A stretch of 64,000 nucleotides of DNA, from assembly GCA_011364975.1 (NCBI GenBank), contig RDOE01000002.1, positions 1-64,000 of the forward strand. The letters run 5' to 3'. Position 1 is the stretch's first letter. Each line of letters starts with the position of its first letter. Of this stretch, positions 58,991 through 64,000 are shown one piece after another. The notes under the pieces are model-generated. The model made no database searches. It worked only from the letters and a program-made list of their open reading frames with translations, and was not told the DNA's origin. The stretch comes from Promethearchaeota archaeon (lineage in GTDB: Archaea > Asgardarchaeota > Lokiarchaeia > Sigyniarchaeales > SOKP01). The position numbers and the translations under genes are program-made.

Positions 58991-60385
58991 TTGAGTGATT
59001 TGGAAGGATTAACTAGAAGATTATTAAAACGAGGAAAAAATGATGAAGAAATTATTAGTAGAATTATCCAAGAGTACCTCGATTTTAAAGATATTAACGA
59101 AGATGAAGCTAAAAAATATTCTAAAGCTATTTTAGATGAATGCAAAAGGAGTGATCTTAGTTATATTTCTAATCGATTTATTAAAGAGCTTTTAGAAGTT
59201 GAAATTGCTGATGTTACTATTGGAAGGCAGGGTGTGGGGTGTAGAGGAGCAGGCGACTTTTTTGTGCATAAATTAATTGCAGAATTATCTGAAACCACAC
59301 AAAAGCCATTCTTAGCCCCAAATTCCCTCGATGATGCAGGAGCAGTAAAACTATCTGAAATAAAAGGTTTTGAAAAATACGAAGATATTATTGTTGTTTC
59401 AAAGATGGAGGGCATTCATAGTCGTTTAAGCGACTTTCCATTTATTTGTGGATTCCATGTTACAAGAGCATGCTTACGAGATTTATATGTCAAAGGTGCG
59501 AAACCAATCTCCATTATGGTTGATGTTCATTTAGGAGATGATGCTGATGTGGGTAAATTATTTGATTTTATGGCGGGAATATCTAGTATATCAGAATTAA
59601 CAAATGTACCAATCACCGCAGGTTCTACACTAAGAATAGGAGGTGATATGGTAATCGGAGATCGCTTAGTAGGAGGTTTAAGTGCCGTTGGCGTTCTTAC
59701 TGATAATATATTAGCTCGACGAAACATTCAAATAGGGGATAAAATTCTGATGACCGAAGGGGCAGGGGGTGGGACAATTGCTACTACAGCTATTTATTCT
59801 GGAAATCATGAAGTCGTAAAAGAAACCTTGAACATAAAATTCCTTGAAGCATGCGAATTAATTCTTGAAAGTGATTATCGTAAGCATATTCGAGCAATGT
59901 GTGATGTTACAAACGGTGGATTACGTGGAGATTTATATGAGATCAATTACGAGGCAAATTGTGGTGTATTAATCTATGAAGATAAAGTAAGGAAGTTGGT
60001 TAATCCCAATGTTCTAAACTTATTAGAAAAAGTGGGTGTAGATTATTTAGGTGTTTCTTTAGATGCATTATTAATTTATTGTTCTGAAAGTGCTGTAAGT
60101 AAGATTATATCAGATTTAAGTAAAATTGATATTAAATGTTTCGAAATTGGTTATGTAGATAACTCAAAAGAAGTGAAAATGATACATATTGATGGAAAAG
60201 AGAAGACCATACTCCCTCGTTTTAGAGAATCTGCTTATACTAAAATAAAGCAAGTAATAGGAGAAGATACGCCTGAAAAAAAAGATATTATGGAAAAGAA
60301 GATTGAAATTGCAGCTGAAAAATCTTTAGAAAAACGCAAAAATATAATTAATTATATTAAAACTAATTCAAAAATAAAAAATTAA
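58991..60385 (+). CDS. AIR synthase-related (PurM/HypE-fold) protein
   Basis: GVGCRGAGDFFVH, DDAGAV, GIHSRLS, GSTLRIGGD, DVTNGGLRGD. Confidence 0.85.
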   Translation: MSDLEGLTRRLLKRGKNDEEIISRIIQEYLDFKDINEDEAKKYSKAILDECKRSDLSYISNRFIKELLEVEIADVTIGRQGVGCRGAGDFFVHKLIAELSETTQKPFLAPNSLDDAGAVKLSEIKGFEKYEDIIVVSKMEGIHSRLSDFPFICGFHVTRACLRDLYVKGAKPISIMVDVHLGDDADVGKLFDFMAGISSISELTNVPITAGSTLRIGGDMVIGDRLVGGLSAVGVLTDNILARRNIQIGDKILMTEGAGGGTIATTAIYSGNHEVVKETLNIKFLEACELILESDYRKHIRAMCDVTNGGLRGDLYEINYEANCGVLIYEDKVRKLVNPNVLNLLEKVGVDYLGVSLDALLIYCSESAVSKIISDLSKIDIKCFEIGYVDNSKEVKMIHIDGKEKTILPRFRESAYTKIKQVIGEDTPEKKDIMEKKIEIAAEKSLEKRKNIINYIKTNSKIKN

Positions 60386-60406
60386 AAAAAAATTTATTTG
60401 ATAAAT

Positions 60407-61435
60407 TTAGACTTTATATTTCTGTAATTTGAAGATTTTATAGAAATCCTCGATTGTTGTAAGACATACTATGACAATTAAAGCAACAAAACCTAACTGA
60501 TATTCATCATAGAATTCTACAGGAATTCCAACATGAACCCAAGGCTCTGAGAAGTAAGGAAATATAGCTGGATTAAACATTAAATATAGAAACAGTGGTA
60601 TCCATAAGAATTTTATAATTATTATAAAAACATGGAGTACCTGGTGGGTTTCTGGTTTTCTATTACCGATAATTCCACGGGAAACATCTAAAATGCCTTC
60701 AATGATCAATAGCAAACCCGCAAATCTGAGAACCACTAAGAAATCAGGGATAAACATAAATGTCGGGAATGGCTGAAATAGTAATAAAACTCCAAATATT
60801 AAACCAATGCTAGCAGCAATAACTTCACCAATTGGTTTAATGAAGGGTTTTAGAGGTTTAGCTAGTACTTCTGACACAGGTGTACCTGCTTCAGCAGCTT
60901 TTTCTAATTCCAGTTTTCTTAACTTCTGTTCTTTTTTGGATTTAAAATCTTCTGGGAAATATCCTTCCATGGATAAAACTACAAATATGATTGATATTAT
61001 AACAAATGATGCAAGTAAACCCATTTGGATTCCCGTTACAAATCCATCAATTAATTGTTCTAAAGAAACAACCTCAGTTAAGATGCTAGCAATCATCCCT
61101 ACTAAATTTAGAATGATAATTACTGCAAATACAATTCCTAATACTCGAGTATAAAGAGGCCACATTTCTTTGGTAATGTAGACTTTTGGTTCACCACGGC
61201 GTTTGTACTCTTTAGCTATACTTTTAGGTGTTCCCATCTGAACAATTGCTTTTCTAACTGATTGTTCGGTAGGTTGTCCAGTTTCAGATATTTCTGTTGC
61301 TTTCTGCCATATATGCTCTTCTAGTTCAGTCAAAACGTCTTTATGTTCCTTTTTATCTTTTAGCCAATCAGGAAGAGCTTTCTTCACTTTCTTCATAAAG
61401 TCTTTAACTAAATCTTCTTTACTTTGTTGGTTCAT
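60407..61435 (-). CDS. PadR-associated membrane protein with an N-terminal HAAS-like domain
   Basis: ELEEHI...MGTPKSIAKEY followed by about 6 TM helices; overlaps the padR-like gene. Confidence 0.75.
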   Translation of the reverse strand: MNQQSKEDLVKDFMKKVKKALPDWLKDKKEHKDVLTELEEHIWQKATEISETGQPTEQSVRKAIVQMGTPKSIAKEYKRRGEPKVYITKEMWPLYTRVLGIVFAVIIILNLVGMIASILTEVVSLEQLIDGFVTGIQMGLLASFVIISIIFVVLSMEGYFPEDFKSKKEQKLRKLELEKAAEAGTPVSEVLAKPLKPFIKPIGEVIAASIGLIFGVLLLFQPFPTFMFIPDFLVVLRFAGLLLIIEGILDVSRGIIGNRKPETHQVLHVFIIIIKFLWIPLFLYLMFNPAIFPYFSEPWVHVGIPVEFYDEYQLGFVALIVIVCLTTIEDFYKIFKLQKYKV

Positions 61436-61958
61436 TCTTATAACCTCGTGATATTAATTCATTTTCAATATTATGCCCACAAACATCGCAAAATCGAAGC
61501 TCAACATTAGAGAGATCTATTCTGTTAGCACACATCGGACAGAAGAGATAGCGATCTTGCTTTAAATTTACATTAACGTCAAATAGTGGTGCGATAGCTT
61601 CTGTTAATTTAGAAAAAAATCCCTCTAAATAGTTGAATACTTTTGTTCCATAATTTGTCATCGAATAAAACTTTTTTCTTCTTCCCGTCTTCTCTCGTTC
61701 GGACTTTATAATCCCGTCCTCTTCAAGCTTCCTCAATATAGGATATAAAGTTCCTTCCTCAATTACAAGAATTTTGTTCGTAAATTCTAATAAATCTTTT
61801 GAAATTTGATATCCATGTACACCTTCATAACTATAACGTTTTATAATCGCCAAAATACACAACGTAGAAATCCCTCTATTGAGCTCTGACTCTAGTTTAG
61901 AGGCATATTCTTGAAATTCTGGATCTAATCCTTTAAGACTTTTTATCATTTCATTCAA
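61419..61958 (-). CDS. PadR family regulator with a C-terminal zinc ribbon
   Basis: HGYQI, EGTLYPILRKLE, RRKKFYSMT..G; CPMC...CDVCG. Confidence 0.88.
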   Translation of the reverse strand: MNEMIKSLKGLDPEFQEYASKLESELNRGISTLCILAIIKRYSYEGVHGYQISKDLLEFTNKILVIEEGTLYPILRKLEEDGIIKSEREKTGRRKKFYSMTNYGTKVFNYLEGFFSKLTEAIAPLFDVNVNLKQDRYLFCPMCANRIDLSNVELRFCDVCGHNIENELISRGYKNEPTK

Positions 61959-61973
61959 CTCCTTAATTTATTT

Positions 61974-62822
61974 TCATTTTTTATTTGGTTGGAATGAAAT
62001 CTCATCCCTTATTGAAATTATTTCTAAATTTAATTTATTCCTTTTCCATTCGAAAGTTCTCAAAACTATTATTGCAATCAAGAAGATCAATAACACATAA
62101 ATATTTTGTGATTGGTATATGTAATTATAGGTTATAATAGCAGAGCTATGGGCAAACATGGCACTTAATAGATTTTTGCTTGATAGGTTATAGATCGAAT
62201 CGAATAGAAAAGAATGACTTAACATAATCAGATAAGAATAGAAGTTTACTTCTAATCCATTTGCGATATTAATTGGTTGATGCCAAAGCCACCAAAATGA
62301 GCCCAGAATTAAGCTTCCAATGTGTTTACCGAATTTATTTTGTAAGTGCCCCAATGCGAACCCTCTCCAACAAGGTTCTTCTAAAATAGGACTTGATAAT
62401 AATCCCGCAAAAAAAGTTAAAGGAATTATAGCAATTAACCAAAAACCTAAGGTATTCAGAGGGGCAATAGCAAGAATTCTTAATTCTCCTTCATTAATTA
62501 CCCAATAATTTAATAAGCTTCCACTGATTGTTGTTAAAGGTAGAATTAATGCCGCAGGAATTAACCATATTATATTTTTTCCTTTTATTCGAATACTGTC
62601 AAATATTTGTTTTATTCCATAACCTCCTTTTGTTATTTTGTCAAGCAAGATTAAAACGATTAAAGGAGCGATACCTCCAATACTTTGTCCAATAATTATG
62701 GGAACATTGAACTCAATTATTCCTAATCGTCCTAAAGCCATAGGTATCCATATTGACCAACTTGAGATGAGTGCGATAACTAAGAATAACAGCACTTTAT
62801 ATCTACTGATGAAGTTTTTCAT
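61974..62822 (-). CDS. CPBP (Rce1/Abi) intramembrane glutamic protease
   Basis: EEPCWRGF, W.LWH.P, AMFAH. Confidence 0.88.
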   Translation of the reverse strand: MKNFISRYKVLLFLVIALISSWSIWIPMALGRLGIIEFNVPIIIGQSIGGIAPLIVLILLDKITKGGYGIKQIFDSIRIKGKNIIWLIPAALILPLTTISGSLLNYWVINEGELRILAIAPLNTLGFWLIAIIPLTFFAGLLSSPILEEPCWRGFALGHLQNKFGKHIGSLILGSFWWLWHQPINIANGLEVNFYSYLIMLSHSFLFDSIYNLSSKNLLSAMFAHSSAIITYNYIYQSQNIYVLLIFLIAIIVLRTFEWKRNKLNLEIISIRDEISFQPNKK

Positions 62823-62984
62823 ATTTCCAACCTTTTTTTTATAACTTTATAGTTTTTTATAGTATTTTTTCAATACTGTTCTACGCATAGTATGTGATCG
62901 ATACTATTTAAATCTTTGGATAACTTATATTTTCACAAAATAAGTTTTTTAAAATTAATGAGATTCAAAATTATAAGGAATATT

Positions 62985-63815
62985 ATGTCCCTTAATGAAA
63001 ATATTAAGAACAAACTTAACGCTCTAATAACTTTTTTAGAGGAGCATAAAGTTATTTTAGCTTTTTCTGGAGGAGTAGACAGTAGTTTATTAGCATATTT
63101 GGCGAAAAAATATTCTAAAGATATGATAGCAATAACCGTAGAGTCAATACTTAATCCAGGTGATGATGTTTCTGAAGCAAAAAAATTTGCTGAACTATTT
63201 AAAATTCCGCAAATCGTTATTAGAAAAGAAGCATTAAAAAATGAGAAATTTATTCAAAATCCAAAGAATAGATGTTATATTTGTAAAAAAGATATTTTTA
63301 CAAGTATCTTGAAAATTAGGGATGAAAAAGGTTTTGATATCATAATAGATGGCTCGAATGTAGATGATCTTGGGGATTATCGTCCCGGAATACAGGCATT
63401 AAATGAATTGAATATAATTTCACCCTATATTAAATATGATGTTAATAAACAAGAAATTAGAGAGATCAGTAATTATTTTAATTTACCAACCCACAATAAA
63501 CCTTCTGGTGCTTGTTTAGCTTCCCGAATTCCATATGAAGAGGAAATTACAGAGAAGAAACTGTTAATGATAAAACAGGCGGAACATTTTTTAAGAGAAA
63601 GGTTTAATTTAGAACAGGTTCGGGTAAGACTGCATAAGGGATATCTTGCCAGAATAGAATTAATACCTCAAGATATAATTAATATCACAAATAAGGAGAA
63701 TTTAAATATTATTAATCAAAAATTTAAGAGTTTAGGCTTTTGCTATATTACTATTGATTTACAAGGGTTTCGCTCGGGGTCATTAAATGAAGTAATAGAT
63801 GCTAAAAGTGACTAG
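62985..63815 (+). CDS. larE: ATP-dependent sacrificial sulfur transferase LarE
   Basis: AFSGGVDS, RCYICK, DGSNVDD..DYRPG, ACLASRIPY, VRVR, GFRSGS. Confidence 0.9.
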   Translation: MSLNENIKNKLNALITFLEEHKVILAFSGGVDSSLLAYLAKKYSKDMIAITVESILNPGDDVSEAKKFAELFKIPQIVIRKEALKNEKFIQNPKNRCYICKKDIFTSILKIRDEKGFDIIIDGSNVDDLGDYRPGIQALNELNIISPYIKYDVNKQEIREISNYFNLPTHNKPSGACLASRIPYEEEITEKKLLMIKQAEHFLRERFNLEQVRVRLHKGYLARIELIPQDIINITNKENLNIINQKFKSLGFCYITIDLQGFRSGSLNEVIDAKSD

Positions 63816-63890
63816 ATCTTCTAAATTATTATTAGAATATTTAAAACTTTTCTATAGTAGAACAATTAATCTAAAAAAGAGAGATGTGAA

Positions 63891-64000
63891 TTGGAAGATA
63901 TAATAAAATATGCAATTATCGCAGATATTCATGCAAATAAATATGCCTTAGAGAGTTTTCTTAATTTCATTGAAGAAGAAATTCCTGTGGATAAAATCTT
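63891..64000 (+). CDS. Metallophosphoesterase, 3'-truncated
   Basis: TTG start; KYAIIADIHAN..AL; runs off the window end. Confidence 0.75.
   Translation, partial: MEDIIKYAIIADIHANKYALESFLNFIEEEIPVDKI

Noticed and set aside
43692-60385. Evidence that the organism is a methanogen
   Set aside because: F420, methanopterin and AIR-synthase-like genes also occur in non-methanogenic archaea; there are no mcr or mtr genes in the window.
996-62844. Many short alternate-frame or antisense ORFs in the track (e.g. 996-1358, 1934-2167, 28167-28400, 43312-43599, 48934-49272, 60807-61154)
   Set aside because: They overlap well-supported genes and carry no motifs.

Overview
AT-rich archaeal chromosomal window that is very probably from a Lokiarchaeia (Asgard) genome. 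Evidence for this: a Loki-type C-terminal anchor (IPGY + TM + basic tail), longin/roadblock proteins, small GTPases, archaeal AlaRS/DtdA/EndoQ, and F420 and methanopterin genes. About 65 protein genes are supported; I found no rRNA, tRNA, CRISPR array or mobile element. Layout: (1) 1-20 kb is a thiol-redox/stress region (glutaredoxins, ferredoxin:thioredoxin reductase, two CCG-domain paralogs, three tandem protein-disulfide oxidoreductases, TrxB, two Isf-like flavoproteins, DJ-1, Hsp20, a convergent Lrp pair). It also holds a longin/uDENN-pseudoGTPase fusion and a longin-roadblock-roadblock protein. (2) 20-35 kb is mostly housekeeping (dtdA, Rab-like GTPase, alaS, ftsZ, EndoQ). (3) 35.8-43.7 kb is the standout: a self-contained ubiquitin-like conjugation locus. 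It encodes two Ubls ending in a single Gly (..IPASTAG-YF and ..IPASTAG-LKC, UFM1-like spacing) with acidic N-tails, a membrane-anchored Ubl-domain protein, an E1 with a eukaryote-type catalytic Cys motif, an E2, a CSN5/Rpn11-like JAMM protease, a ~6-TM RING-like E3, a wHTH regulator and a coiled-coil protein sharing a KTP motif with the Ubls. (4) 43.7-58 kb is F420/methanopterin biosynthesis. Three genes appear to need non-canonical (probably ATT) start codons. All assignments come from reading motifs by eye; no database searches were run.
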